Of a stretch of 64,000 nt of DNA, positions 26,510 to 41,098 are shown in pieces. The DNA is taken from NCBI GenBank assembly GCA_951406725.2, contig OX597819.1, positions 50,840,001 through 50,904,000 on the forward strand, written 5' to 3'. The notes under the pieces are model-generated. The model did no database searches and had not been told where the DNA came from. It saw nothing but the letters and a program-made list of their open reading frames with translations. Position 1 is the stretch's first letter; every line of letters begins with the position of its first letter. The position numbers and the translations under genes were made by a program. This stretch comes from Octopus vulgaris (Eukaryota).

Positions 26510-26885
26510 CCTTATTTACTATAGGCACAAAGCCTGAAATTACATCGACCCCAGTGTTTCAGTGGTACTTAATTTATCGACCCCGAAATGATAACAGGCA
26601 AAATCTACCTCGGCCGAATTTGAACTCAGAGCGAAAAGACAGACGAAATGCCTTGGCCTTTAAATAATAATAGTCCTTCTACTAAAGGCACAAGGCCCGA
26701 ATTTTAGCGGGTGGGGACTAGTCGATTACATCGACCCCAGTGTTTCAGTGGTACTTAATTTATCGACCCCGAAATGATAAAAGGTAAAGTCGACCTCAGT
26801 GGAATTTGAACTCAGAACGTAAAGACAGACGAAATGCGTTACGCATTTTGGCCGGCATGCTAACTATCCTGTCAGCTCGCAGCCT
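26510..26885 (-). mobile_element. Two tandem family A SINE units
   Basis: Duplicated TTACATCGACCCCAGTGTTTCAGTGGTACTTAATTTATCGACCCCGAAATGATAA. Confidence 0.85.
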
Positions 26886-26904
26886 TATTTCTTCTTAGAT
26901 ATTA

Positions 26905-28015
26905 GGCACCGGTATGGCTGCGTTGTTTAGAAACTCGCTTTACTGAACTCGAAGCCACGCGGTTTCGGGTTCAGTCCCACTGCGTGACACTTTGGACAAG
27001 TGTCTTCTACTAGAGCTTCGGGCCAACTAATGCCTTGTGTGTGAATTTGGTAGACGGAACCTGTGTGAAGGTTTGTCGTATATGTATGTGTGTATAAGTA
27101 AGTGCGTGTATGACTTGACAATGCTTGAGAAACGGTGACCCCCGAAAGGTTGAAAGGCAATATCGACATCACCGGAATTTGAAATCAGACCGTAAAGACA
27201 GACAAAGTATCACTAGTATTTTACCTGCTCACTACCTTTCTTCAGTTGTCTCAAATTTTGCCTCAAGGTTAGTAATTTAGTAAAATAAATAATTAGAAAA
27301 TTATTAGTAATTAGTAAAATAAATACCAGTTGAGTACCAAAGTACTCAACTGGTATTTATTTTATCGACCCCGGCGGCATTTGAACTCAGAACGTAAAGC
27401 TGAAAGAATTTCTGCTAAGCACTTTGCCTGGCGTGCGCAAGCGATTCTACCATCTTTCCGCCTTACCAAGACCTTTCATAATCCTTTCTATTATCGGCAC
27501 AAAGTGTGAAATATGGGGGTGGTGGTAGTTGGTTATATTAATACCAGTATACAACTGTTACTTAAGTTATCAACCCGAAAGGCTGAAAGAAAAAGTTGGC
27601 TTCGGCGGCGTTTGAAACCAGAGAGTAAAGCCGAAAGAAATACCTCTGTCCAGTGTCTCTTTTGCTTGTTTCAGTCATTTGACTGTGGCCATGCTGGAGC
27701 ACCGCATTTAGTCGAGCAAATCGAACCCAGGACTTATTCTTTGCAAGCCTAGTACTTATTCTATTGGTCTCTTTTGCCGAACCGTTAAGTTACGGGTACG
27801 TAAACACACCAGCATCGGTTGTCAAGCGATGTTGGGGGAACAAACACAGACACACAAACACACACATATATATATATATACATATACATATATACGACGG
27901 GATTCTTTCAGTTTCCGCCTACCAAATCCACTCAAAAAGCTTTAGTCGGCTCGTGGCTATAGTAGAAGTCACTTGCCCAAGGTGCCACGCAGCGGGATTG
28001 AACCATGTTCTTGGT
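26905..28015. mobile_element. SINE cluster: family D (+, 26905-27130), decayed family A copies (-, 27135-27645), family D (-, 27655-28015)
   Basis: Matches to the family motifs described above. Confidence 0.8.
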
Positions 28016-28029
28016 AAGTAAATGAGTCT

Positions 28030-28650
28030 TATTTCTTTACTGCCCACAGGGGCCTAAACATAGAGCGGACAAACAAGGACAGACAAACGGATTAAGTCGA
28101 TTATATTGACTCCAGTGAGTAACTGGTACTTATTTAATCGACCCCGAAAGGATGAAAGCCAAAGTCGACCTCGGCGGAATTTGAACTCACGACGTAGTGA
28201 CAGACATATTTCTTTACTACCCACAAGGGGCGAAACACAGAGAGGACAAACAAGGACAGAGAAACGGATTAAGTTGATTACATCGACCCCAGTGCGTAAC
28301 TGGTATTTATTTATCGACCCCGAAAGGATGAAAGGCAAAGTCGACATCGGCGGAATCTGAACTCAGAACGTAACGGCAGACGAAATATCTTTTTCTTTAC
28401 TACCAACAAGGGGATAAACACAGAGAAGACAAACAAGGACAGAGAAACGGATTAAGTGGATTACATCGACCCCAGTGCGTAACTGGTATTTATTTATCGA
28501 CCCGGAAAGGATGAAAGGCAAAGTCGGTTTCGGCGGAATTTGAACTCAGAACGTAACGGGCGGCGAAATACGGCTACGCATTTCGCCCGGCGTGCTAACG
28601 TTTCTGCCAGCTCGTCGGTGTGCTAATGATTCTGACTGCTCGCCACCCTA
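28030..28650 (-). mobile_element. Tandem array of three family A SINE units (~178 bp period)
   Basis: Three repeats of TTCTTTACT.CC.ACA.GGG...GGACAAACAAGGACAGA...GAAAGGATGAAAG, with one complete head at 28560-28615. Confidence 0.9.
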
Positions 28651-29091
28651 CACCATGACATTTAATAATGATTTCCGTGCGTATATGTATGTATGCATGC
28701 ACATACGTATGTATGTATGTATGTATGTATGTATGTATGTATGTATGTATGTATGTATGTATGTATGTATGTATTTATGTATGTAACTGTATGTATGCGT
28801 ATAAGTATGTATTCATATACGAATGTATGTATATGTGCTCGTGTATGCCAATATATTATGTATACCAATGGTTGTGTATATGTGTGTGTAGGTGTGTGTA
28901 GGAGGCGGTGTACGAACGAGTGGGTCATTAAAGTAATTGCACTCGACAACACTAGCAGAACTATAAAATGGACTCGATAATAGAAGGAAACAAATTATCT
29001 TTATTGAATACAACTAGTAATAGCGTATCAATAATACATACATACGAATGATATATCTATGTAGAACTCAATATATATATATATATATATG

Positions 29092-29160
<69 letters not shown>

Positions 29161-29502
29161 ATACAGCTACGGGTGGAATCCTACGCACATGTACTTTTAC
29201 AGAGAAATTTGCAGACATACTCACACACACGCACACACAGACAAGTACATACGTACACAAATACGTACAAACATATGCGCAATAACACATATGGCCACAC
29301 GAACACACGCACAGTTAACTGAACATACAGACACTCACACATTTTTACGTATACATATGCATGTTCTTGAATGAGGTGGGGATGACAACATGATTTTCAA
29401 AGTGGGTTTATAAACAAGCTTGTCACTTAAGCCCCATGTATGTATGTATGTGTGTGTGTGTATGCATATATATGTATGTGTATATATATATATATATATA
29501 TG

Positions 29503-29544
<42 letters not shown>

Positions 29545-29602
29545 TTTATTTTCACTGTATGATTTCTTTTCCAGCCTCTAATAGTTTGCATACATACATA
29601 TA

Positions 29603-29694
<92 letters not shown>

Positions 29695-29802
29695 AACATA
29701 CATATATATACGTATGTGTGTATGGATATATATATATGTATGTATATATATATGTATTTGCGTGTGTATATGTATATGTGTGTACATATATGTGTGCCTG
29801 TG

Positions 29803-29853
<51 letters not shown>

Positions 29854-30152
29854 AAGTATATATGTACATATACATTCATATAACGACACGTAGACATAAA
29901 CGATTAGTCGTTTATTAGTGTATATATATGTGTCTGTGTATTTATGTGCATATATGTGTACGCAGGTGCATTTCTGTGTGTGTGTGTGTGCGTGTGTGTG
30001 TGTGTGTCTGTGTTACTTAAGACTCTAACACATCGTTTTTGTATTTCGACATATCATTTTCATTTTTGTTTTGTTGCTTTTGTTCATATAGATTTTTTTT
30101 TTACATTTTTTCGTGTTTTTTTTCCTTCTTTCGTCTAATCTTCACAGATCGA

Positions 30153-30183
<31 letters not shown>

Positions 30184-30251
30184 CACTATTACTACACGTT
30201 TTACAACAAACTCATAAACTCACAAACAAGATGAGAAGTAAAAACACAATA

Positions 30252-30622
<371 letters not shown>

Positions 30623-31377
30623 AAGCGATAGAAGGAAAAAAAAACAACAGAAACAAAAAACATATATATGTGCCCAACTACCAACCAATGAACCAAAACT
30701 TCGCAACAACGAAATGAAAGAAATGGAGAGAGAGAGAGAGAGGGGAGAGAGAGAGACAGAGAGACAGAGAGAGAAAGCAAGAGTGAGATAAAGTGAGAGG
30801 TGGGTAGAAGAGCAAAGTGGCAGAGGCAGTGAGCGATGAGGACCAGACGATATATAGATATACTCGCATACGTTTATGTATGTATGTATGTATGTATGTA
30901 TGTATGCATGTATGTATATATGTATGCATGTATGTATGTATGTATGTATGTATGTATGTATGTATGTATGTATGTATGTGTATGTATGAATGTATGTGTG
31001 TGTGTGTGTCTGCGCGTGTGTATGTTTGAGTGTCCGTGTGTATATTTATACGCATATATATATTTATATATATATATATATTTATATATTTATATATATA
31101 TATATATATTTATATGTATATATATATTGTATATATATATACATATATACAATCAGACGTCATTTGCCAGTATATTTTACATATCAATATCTATGTCTCA
31201 CTCTTTCCCTTCTCTCTTTGTGTGTGTGTGTGTGTGTATGTCGCTCTCTCACTCTGTCACCCTTCATATATATATATATATTCCCAAATATCACTACAGG
31301 TAGAGAAAGAAGTCTACAAGCGATAAAGAGATAGATGAATAGCTAGCTAGCTAGCTAGATAGACAGATAGATAGATT

Positions 31378-31440
<63 letters not shown>

Positions 31441-31613
31441 GCAGGGCTGAAGAGAAAGATAAGGAGAGACAGGTGGGCTGGCTGTGACTAAGTGAGAATG
31501 AGTGAGATCTATATATAGAGAGAAAGAATGAGAGGGTGATCTCATAGACAAATACAGATAGAGTAATTTATGTAGAAAATTTGAGAGAATCAGAGAGTGA
31601 GAGGGAATCAAAG

Positions 31614-31710
<97 letters not shown>

Positions 31711-32139
31711 CACACACACACATGTATGAATATATAAGCGACAAAGAAGAGGGAAAGAGAAAGTGAAAGTAAGAGACAAAGAGAGCGGGAGAGCGGAAGT
31801 GAGGGAGTAAATAAATAGATCAATAAATACGAAAAAGATATTCATACACACACATACACACGCACGCACATACAACACACATATATATATTATTACATAC
31901 ATTTATAAATGTATATGTGTGTGTGCGCGCGCGTATATATGTATATATGACAACAATAACAAACTCAATAAAAAAAGGAAACGTTCGTAAACGATAAGTA
32001 AGAAAAGAGTGAATGAAAAATGAAAAATAAAAAAAAATAAAAATATAAAAAGCAAAACAATATATTCAAAATAAGATGATAAAAAATAACGAAATAAATA
32101 CAAAGAATAAAAAATATATATCAAAATAAAGGAAACGAA

Positions 32140-32330
32140 ACAAAATTAATATGGCCGCCGATAAATCAATTGAAAGGAGATCCGTCTATTTATCAGTTTG
32201 GAGTGCAAAAGGTGGCCTTATTGATCACAACTATTATAGAGTGATTGACGTTAGCACTATTTAGTTTTAATAAATATAACATAAGCGACCAAAAACCTTT
32301 TTCTATCTTGCTTACTCTTTACGCTTGCCG
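32140..32330. promoter_or_regulatory. Candidate cis-regulatory island
   Basis: Unique sequence between simple repeats with AATATGGCCGCC, ATAAATCAAT (Hox-Pbx TGATTTAT on the minus strand) and TGATTGACG. Confidence 0.35.
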
Positions 32331-32698
32331 AATTTTTATTAAAAAAAAAAACAAAAAAAAATCAACAAAACATTTGAAGAATACAAAAAGATAAGAAAAA
32401 ATATGAATGAATACGTAAGTAAACACATAAATAAATAATCAAATAAGACACGATATATATATATATATATATATACACATTTGTGTGTATGTATGTGTAT
32501 ATATATATTCATAAATATACATATATACATACACACACACACATACACACACATATATATATATATATGTATATATCATATGAGCTCAACTCTACTATAT
32601 GTATTGAGTACTTGTTAGTTTGTAAAACCAAACGCACATATGTATAAGTGAGTATACATAAACCTATATTATATACAGTCACACACACACTCACACAA

Positions 32699-32739
<41 letters not shown>

Positions 32740-33099
32740 CACGCATGAGTGCATATGCATAGTTGTCTAATTCTCTCCTTTTCTCTCTTCTCTGTCTAAA
32801 AACATATTCACACACATAAACAGATACACACACACACACACACATACGTGTATATATATATATATATATGCGGACGTATATGTGTGAGTGTATGATGTGT
32901 GGCCCCGCTTGTATGCATATGTGAGTTTGTATATATTTATCTCCTCTCGATAACATCTGTTGCATTCATACGTATATACACTTGTTCGTAATCGCCTATA
33001 CACCCATATCACTTTGTGTGCGGTGGTATACAGCGCTTCTGTATGTCTCTACATGCTGGTGCGTCTGTCTAACTGTCTTCTTTCTTTCGTTACCTTCCT

Positions 33100-33123
33100 T
33101 CTTTCTTTATTTCTGTCTTTCAT

Positions 33124-33182
<59 letters not shown>

Positions 33183-33800
33183 CATTCTCCCTTCTTCGTT
33201 GTCCCTGTTCGTGTTTTTTCTTCGTCTTCGTTTTAGCACATTCATTCTTTTTTCCTCTTCCTGTTCCCCCTGCTGCTCCCATCTTCCTGCTCCTCGCACC
33301 CCCTCCTCTACCTCCACCCCTTTTTTTTTCTTCTTCTTCTTCTTCTTCTTCTTCTTCTTCTTCTTCTTCTCCCCGCCTCTTGCTCCTTCACCTCCTCCTC
33401 CTCATCCCCTTCTACTTCTTCTTCTCCTCGCCTCTTGCTCCTCCTCCTCTCCTTCCTCTTCTTCTTCTTCTCTCCCACCTCTTGTTCCTCCTTCTCCTCC
33501 CCCCTCCGCCTCCTCCTTCTTCTCTCCCGTCTCTTGTTCCTCCTCCCCTCGTTGTTGTTGTTGTTGTTGTTGTTGTTGTTCTTGTTCTTCTTGTTCTTCT
33601 TGTTCTTGTTCTTGTTCTTGTTCTTCTTTTTCTTCTCCTCCTCCTTCTTCTTCCCGTCTCGTGTTCCTCCTCCTCCTCTCCTCCTCCTTGTTGTTGTTGT
33701 TGTTCTCTTCTTCTTCTTCTTCTTCTTCTTCTTCTTCTTCTTCTTCTTCTTCTTCTTCTCCTTCTTCTTCCTCTGTTGTTGTTGCTGCTGCTGCTCATCT
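33100..33800. repeat. Pyrimidine-rich compound low-complexity tract (TTTC, TTC, CTC, TTG)
   Basis: Read directly. It is the source of several spurious long ORFs. Confidence 0.9.
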
Positions 33801-34475
33801 TCATCAACATTGTATACTTATACATCGTGATTCTTATACATCGTTTCTTTCACCAAAACGTCTTCGAGAAGAAAACGCGAATAAAGCAGGGTAGTCGGGA
33901 GAAGAAGCGGCAGAGATACAAGGTAAAAACTAGAAAACAGTTATTAAAAGAAGATTTGGAGAATCGGAGGAAGGAAGAAGGAAAGGAAAAAGGTAGTGAA
34001 ATAGCAGATTGGAAAGAGAGAAAAGGAGAAGAAGAATGAGCAGCGAAAAAGAGAAAGAAAAAGAGGTATATAAAAGAGAATATGGAGGTTTATAGGAAGG
34101 CAGCGAAGAAAAAGGTAATTAGTGATTAGAAGGCCAAATTGCATTCAAGAAATTCTTTGGGAGAATTGATGGAGAGAAGAATCGAGAGATACAATGGAAG
34201 GGATGGAAAAATAAAAACAAAAAAGGAAACGGAAAAGGTAAACAATTTTAATGAAAGTTAAAAAGTGAGAGAGGTGGAGAGAGAGGGAGAGGGAGTGGAG
34301 GAGAGAAGGACAAAGAGAGAAAGATAGACAGACAGATAGGCAATGGACAGATAGTAAGATAAATAGATATGTAGATAGATGGATAGATAGATAGAGGGAG
34401 GGAGAGGGAGGGAGGGAAAGACGGAGATAAATAGCGGGTGTTCGGGATAAATTTGAAAGTTTATTTAAAATGGGT

Positions 34476-34778
34476 GGAGGCACATGGCCTAGTGGTTAGA
34501 GCAGCGGACTCGCGGTCGAGGGATCGGGGATTCGAATCTCAAACCGGGCGATATGTGTGTTTATGAGCGAAACACCTAAGCTCCACGCGGCTCCGGCAGA
34601 AGGTGATGGCGAACGTCTGATGACTCTTTCGCCACAACTTTCCCTCACTCTTTCCTCCGGTATCTTGCTGCTCACCTGCAACGGACCGGCTTCCCGTCCA
34701 GGTGAGGAACTTATATGCCAAGGAAACTGGGAAACCGGCCCTTATGAACCAGGCATGGCTTGAGAAGGAACAAACAAT
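34476..34778 (+). mobile_element. SINE family B variant
   Basis: GGAGGCACATGGCCTAGTGGTTAGAGCAGCGGACTCGCGGTC...; tail similar to 420-530. Confidence 0.85.
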
Positions 34779-34869
34779 GTAAAATGGAAAGAAAACATAA
34801 TATGCCATAAAAACTAAAAGTATTCTAAAAAAATCAAAAAAATGTCAACTAGATTGTGGCTGATAGATA

Positions 34870-35420
34870 ACAGTTTACTCAAAGATCCCAGGGACGCAGT
34901 GAGTCCCCGGGAAGGTCATCGAACACTTACTTGATATTGGCCACTAGCTAAGTCTTGGTGTTGCAATCAGAGCAGCTGGTGTCTTACTCAACTGTGCCCC
35001 ACTCAAGGTATTTCATAAGATTATAAACGGGGGAATTACGAGGCCAAGAATTGGGGCAGGTAAAGTCACAGAAATTCTCTGTCAATCACTTTTGGCACTT
35101 TCTGGAGGTATGGCAAGAGGCCGAATTTTGCTGCCACACATGTCTTTCCAATAGGAATCTTCTCCAGTAAGGTTTTAACCACAGTCTCTAGCGGCTTCAC
35201 ATAGCATCTCAATTGACCCTAAGGCCCTGTTCAAAGATGTGGTTTAGGATAACGTTACCCTCACTGGAGAGACACCCAAAGACTATTACAATTTGGGAAG
35301 ACTTGGCTTTCATGATGACCATGTCACGTCTTGCAAACTTTACATTGTTTAGAAAGCATTGAGTAGCAGTGATGTTATCGGTATTTTGATACCCGGCCTG
35401 AATCATCATGATACAGATAA
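34870..35420 (-). pseudogene. Tc1/mariner superfamily transposase relic, DD37D (maT)-like spacing
   Basis: VIVFGCLSSEG...HIFEQGLRVN...VWQQNSASCHTS...SWPRNSPVYNLMKY.EWG. There are 37 residues between the two mutated catalytic positions, and several stops. Confidence 0.8.
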
Positions 35421-35434
35421 CTCTTTTCCAATAT

Positions 35435-36145
35435 TCTTTTCTACTCTAGGCACAAGGTCCCAAAAAATTTTTTTCTGGAGTAGGGCAGTCGATTAGATCG
35501 ACCCCAGTACGTAACTGATGGTTAATTTATCGACCCCGAAAGGATGGAAGGCAAAGTCGACCTCGGCGGAATTCGAACTCAGAACATAAAGACAGACGAA
35601 ATACCTATTTCTTTACTGCCAACAAGGGGCTAAACACAAAGGGGACAAACAAGGACAGACAAACGGATTAAGTCGATTATATTGACTTCAGTGCGTAACT
35701 GGTACTTATTTATTCGACCCCGAAAGGATGAAAGGCAAAGTCGATCTTGGCGGAATTTAACTCAGAAGGCAACAGCAGACGAAGTACCTATTTCTTTACT
35801 ACCCACAAGGGGCGAAACACAGAGAGGACAAACAAGGACAGACAAACGGATTAAGTCGATTTTATCGACTCCAGTGCGTAACTGGTACTTATTTAATCGA
35901 CCCTGAAAAGATGAAAGGCAAAGTCGACCACGGCGGCAGACGAAATACCTATTTCTTTACTGCCCACAAGGGACTACAGACAGAGGGGACAAACAAGGAC
36001 AGACAAACGGATTAAGCCGATTATATCGACCCCAGTACTTATTTAATCGACCCCGAAAGGATGAAAGGCAAAGTCGACCACGGCGGAATTTGAACTCAGA
36101 ATGGGGCGGCAGACGAAATACCGCTAAACATTTCGCCCGGCGTGA
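35435..36145 (-). mobile_element. Tandem array of four family A SINE units
   Basis: Units joined by CGAA(A/G)TACC-TATTTCTTTACT at ~35600, 35785 and 35945. Confidence 0.9.
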
Positions 36146-36339
36146 ACTCTTTTCCAATATTGAAGATGGATTCCAATTCTTTATGACATTTAAATTTTTC
36201 TCAACTACAATTTAAATCTTTAAGCTCTCCAATGGCGTTGGTGTTCCTGAAAAAAGAAAAAAGAGCCATAAAAATCGTCAAATTTCGTCCGAACTTTCTG
36301 TAGAAAGAAAGGTAAACAGACAGACAGACAGACGGACGG

Positions 36340-36501
<162 letters not shown>

Positions 36502-36539
36502 CGTAGTATTACTGGGTTGCGAAACGGCGTTAACCTTAC

Positions 36540-36587
36540 GGCAGACACATCGTTAAATATTTATAAATTCACCTCTCATACATCTTA

Positions 36588-36631
<44 letters not shown>

Positions 36632-36677
36632 TAAGATGTATGAGAGGTGAATTTATAAATATTTAACGATGTGTCTG

Positions 36678-36679
<2 letters not shown>
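36540..36679. repeat. Perfect 140-bp palindrome centred on (TA)n
   Basis: GGCAGACACATCGTTAAATATTTATAAATTCACCTCTCATACATCTTAACTT-(TA)n-exact reverse complement. Confidence 0.95.
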
Positions 36680-36746
<67 letters not shown>

Positions 36747-37086
36747 AGTAGAAATATGTTACGAAAAGAAAATATAAAATACACGTGGAAATGTAAGGGT
36801 AAAATATGAAAAGTCAACGAAAATGCATATTGCAAATAGAAAAAGGCTATTTATGATAGGTAACGACAAATATATACATTTAGATTGACTGAGGTAGTAA
36901 TACGAGTCATAAAATTCATTATTATGAGATGATTATAAGATGATAATAAAGTAAGAAAACAAAACGAACCAATGGTTTACGCACAGCTATTCATCGTTTA
37001 TATTTATATATATAAATGTAGATAGATACAGAAATTAGAAAGTGAGAGAGAGAGATAAAATGTATGTATGTGGACAAAGAATATGG

Positions 37087-37124
<38 letters not shown>

Positions 37125-37499
37125 GAGAGACAGAGATGAAAACGTAAAAGTCTGATCGTAGGACTCGTAGAAAAACCATGAAATAACCACTATCGATCTG
37201 GATGTGATAGTGTTAGCTTATATGTGCACAATAGCATAATATTGTATGCTTGAGTTTCTGTATGTATATGCGTAAATGTGTACGCTTGTATTTGCACGTA
37301 CGTTTGCGCGGGTGCAGTTGTCTGCATATGTTCGTGTATGAGTATGTGCACGCATGTAGTGTGCCTGTCTGGTATTTGTTGATAGAGTATAAAGTATTTT
37401 TACTGATTTGCTTTCCTTTATGCTAGTCTGTGTTTATAATATTCACGCATTTATTAGATACACAATTTTTTCAATGATTCTATAGGGTATAAATCACTT

Positions 37500-37705
37500 T
37501 CTGAAAGGGGACACCGGGCCATCGTTGGGTTACTCATTCTTGCCAGCGTAGCAGCGGACTGGAGCAATGTGAAATGAATTGTTTTGGCTTAAGAATACGT
37601 TGCTCGAGAGTGTTTTACCTAACAATGCATCGCTCGGTCCAGGAATCAAAAACACAATTTTACGATCATGAGCCCAACAGCCTAACCTCTAAACAACGTA
37701 CCACA
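37500..37705 (-). mobile_element. Decayed SINE family C
   Basis: Reverse-complement similarity to 55820-55940 (CATGATCG...GATTCCTGGACCG...TTTCACATTGCTCCAGT). Confidence 0.65.
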
Positions 37706-37822
37706 GTATAAATCATCATCTAGCTAATCTCTTTGTCATCATTTGCATTGTTATATAAATTATCCTGACTTGGTTAACTAGGTTTTAGCTATATTTGCTA
37801 TGATAGCTATAAATTACAAATG

Positions 37823-37864
37823 ACCATGGTTCCCAAACCTTTTCAGGTCTATGTCTCTCTCTCT

Positions 37865-37916
<52 letters not shown>

Positions 37917-38191
37917 ATATTCTTTGTCCACATACATACATTTTATCCCCCTTGGTTCTAAGGCCACTTTTTTGTAGTGCCCTCCCTACCACTCACCATC
38001 ACAAACATAGACCATTTTCTGTAGCAAATTTAAAATAATATTATTTCACAAATAAAACAAACTAATTAACCCTTTATTTTGATCTTTTCTTTACATCACC
38101 CCATTATCGCCCCGTTTTCATCACCCCATTAACGCCCCATTTTTCTTCAACCGCCTCCAGGGGTGTGGTATCACCCACTTTGGAAGAAGCT
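37823..38191. mobile_element. Old hAT-like MITE
   Basis: CCATGGTTCCCAAACCTTTT at the left end and CCCACTTTGGAAGAAGCT at the right end, with CCCC-rich subterminal motifs. Confidence 0.45.
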
Positions 38192-39047
38192 AATGTAAAC
38201 AAATTGGCATACTTTCTCTGATGAAAGACTAAAAGACCAAAACAACGCATGTCACATCTATCAAACATTAACAGAGTATGGAAGAGTAACTCATGCCATG
38301 TAAGCACTTTGCTTGCTTTCTTCAGTAAATTTGAAACGGAAGGTTTTCGAAAGGTCGCCTTATATTTCAAATGATCTTAGAACGTTGTGTAATGCTCGGT
38401 AAATGAATTTCTTAATTCACGTTGCCAGCGCATGCACTGTTATGCAAATTAGATTGGGTAATTTAACTTAAGTTGGCATAAGCTACTAATCTTACCGTGA
38501 AAGGAAACTTATCAGATCGATCCCACCTTTCTCTGGCCTTGGAGAGAGAAAGCATGAGGTTTGTGTGTGTGTGTGTGTGTGTGTGTGCGTGCGTGTATTT
38601 GCCATTTTATTTTATTTTCAAACTGAGGCTAAAATTGAATATTAATTAGCAAAAAAAAAAGGTATACTTTACAGTTCAAATTATCGAAAAGCTATGTGTA
38701 ATGTATTGTGAATTAATTAAACAATTTATAATCATTTTATGTACGGGTCTTCAAATAAATAATCTAGAAAAAGCAATGAGTCAGAGAGGGAGAGATAGAA
38801 GGAGAGAGAGAGAGAGGGAGAGGGACAGAGAGAAATTTGGAGAGAGAAAGTGAGGGAGGATAAAGAAAGTATGATTGAGGTGTTGACTGTGCTGTGTAAG
38901 AGCGAAGCGGAGAGAACGAGGGAGCGAGAGTGAGAGAGAAAGAGAGAGAGAGAGAAAGAGAGGAGTGAAGAAGGGTGAAAAACTGTTAATAAACAAATCA
39001 ATCAATGTAAATAATAATAATGATGATGATGATGATAATAACAACAA

Positions 39048-39079
<32 letters not shown>

Positions 39080-39435
39080 ATGATAATAATAATAATAATA
39101 AATCAATAACATTTTTTCATAAGAATCGCCCGGTCACCGCCATCACCACCACCACCACCACCACCACCACCAATCCACCACCACCACCACCACCACCACC
39201 ACCACCACCACAACGACCACGACCACGACCACCATCGCCACCAATAATACTAATAATAACCGTCACTGGAAAATTCTGAAATAATTTGATTTGGGATTTA
39301 TGGTCTACATTTTTTTTTTTTTTTACTTTTCAATATAAAATTTCATGTTGTACTTCGTTATACAACTAATTCTCTTTTATTTATTTCATGCCTGCTAATG
39401 TAGCCGTCGTCGTCGTCGTCGTCGTCGTCGTGGAA

Positions 39436-39469
<34 letters not shown>

Positions 39470-39829
39470 TTGTTCATTACGACGGTGATGCTGATGCTGG
39501 GGATGTTAGTTAGTGGTGGTGGTGATGGTGGAGATTTTGATGATGGCGGTGGTTAAGGTGTTGATTGTTGCCATTGCTGTTCGTTATTGATGTTGTTGTT
39601 ATTATTATTACTACTACTACTACTACTACCACCTTTATCACCACCACCATCATCATCATCATCATCATCATCATCATTGGTGTTATTAATGCTACTGGTA
39701 GTGGATAAAGATGTTGGCATTTAAGTGGGCTGCAGTTGCTAAATTTATTTGAATAACGAAGTCGACGTTGATGCTTGCCATAACGATGACTATTAAGATG
39801 GTTATGATGATGCTTAATTATACTGCTGC

Positions 39830-39884
39830 TGCTGATGATGATGAGGATAGTGATGATGAGGAGGAGAACGACAACGACGACGAC

Positions 39885-39916
<32 letters not shown>

Positions 39917-40084
39917 CGATGATGGTGAAAATGATGATGGTAAGGCTAACGATGATGATGAGGAGGAAGAGGATAATGATGATGATGATGATTAACGTCT
40001 GTGCTAATGAGGGTAACGAGGATAATGATGATGGTGATGATGTTTAATGGTGATGTTTAATGAGCATATTTGATGATAATGATT

Positions 40085-40121
<37 letters not shown>

Positions 40122-40245
40122 CGATGATGATGGTGGTGATGATGATGATGATGATGATGATGACGATGACGATGATGATGATGATTACAACGATGATGAT
40201 GACGACGGTGTTTATAATGATTATAATGATGACGACGACGACGAC

Positions 40246-40291
<46 letters not shown>

Positions 40292-40471
40292 ATACTGATT
40301 ATAATGATGTTGATGACGATGATGATGATGATAACGATGATGATGATGATGATGATGATGATGCTGCTGATATTGACGAACACGGTCATGATCATAACCG
40401 CCATGACTACCACGACTCCCACGACTATCACGACGACAACAACAACAACAACAACAACGCCGACAACGACA

Positions 40472-40502
<31 letters not shown>

Positions 40503-40510
40503 CGGCGATG
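39830..40510. repeat. (GAT/GAC)n compound microsatellite
   Basis: Read directly. Confidence 0.95.
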
Positions 40511-40529
40511 TTTTTTCAAATTTCAATTC

Positions 40530-40710
40530 ATGCTGTTAATTGGATCTAATTTCGTATTTACTGATAAACTAATTAGATTTGTCACTTAAGATATCACCCC
40601 CCTCTGACACTGACATTTAATCTCAGTGAAGCAAAATTTCTATGGATTCACCTGTTTGTAGCACTTTCCCCGTGAATTACTAAACAGTTTTCCACTGATA
40701 AACTATACTT
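40530..40710. promoter_or_regulatory. Candidate cis-regulatory island
   Basis: ACTGATAAACTA twice (40560, 40694), TAATTAGATT, TGTCA/TGACA sites and CACCTG. Confidence 0.3.
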
Positions 40711-41009
40711 AGTTGTTGCTGTTATTACTGTTGTTGATGTGATGGTTGTGGTGGCAGTAGTAGTGTTTGGTTTATTTATTGAAATGCTTATTTTTGTTAT
40801 TTTATCATTTTATCATTATATTTCTTTTTACGTAATTTTGTGTTTGTTTTAGGTATTTTTTTGTTTTGGCTTCATTTTTGTTTTTTTTTTAAAGACTGTT
40901 TGCATGTTAGTTTATTAATTCACTTAACGTTTGTATGTTTACACTCATACACAGCCATACGGATACAAAAAACACACACACATACACACATATGCATATA
41001 TATAAATAA

Positions 41010-41098
<89 letters not shown>

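Noticed and set aside
39768-40549. Poly-Asp or poly-His ORFs suggesting an acidic biomineralisation protein
   Set aside because: All frames are open because of (GAT)n. There is no signal peptide or unique coding flank, and similar tracts occur throughout the window.
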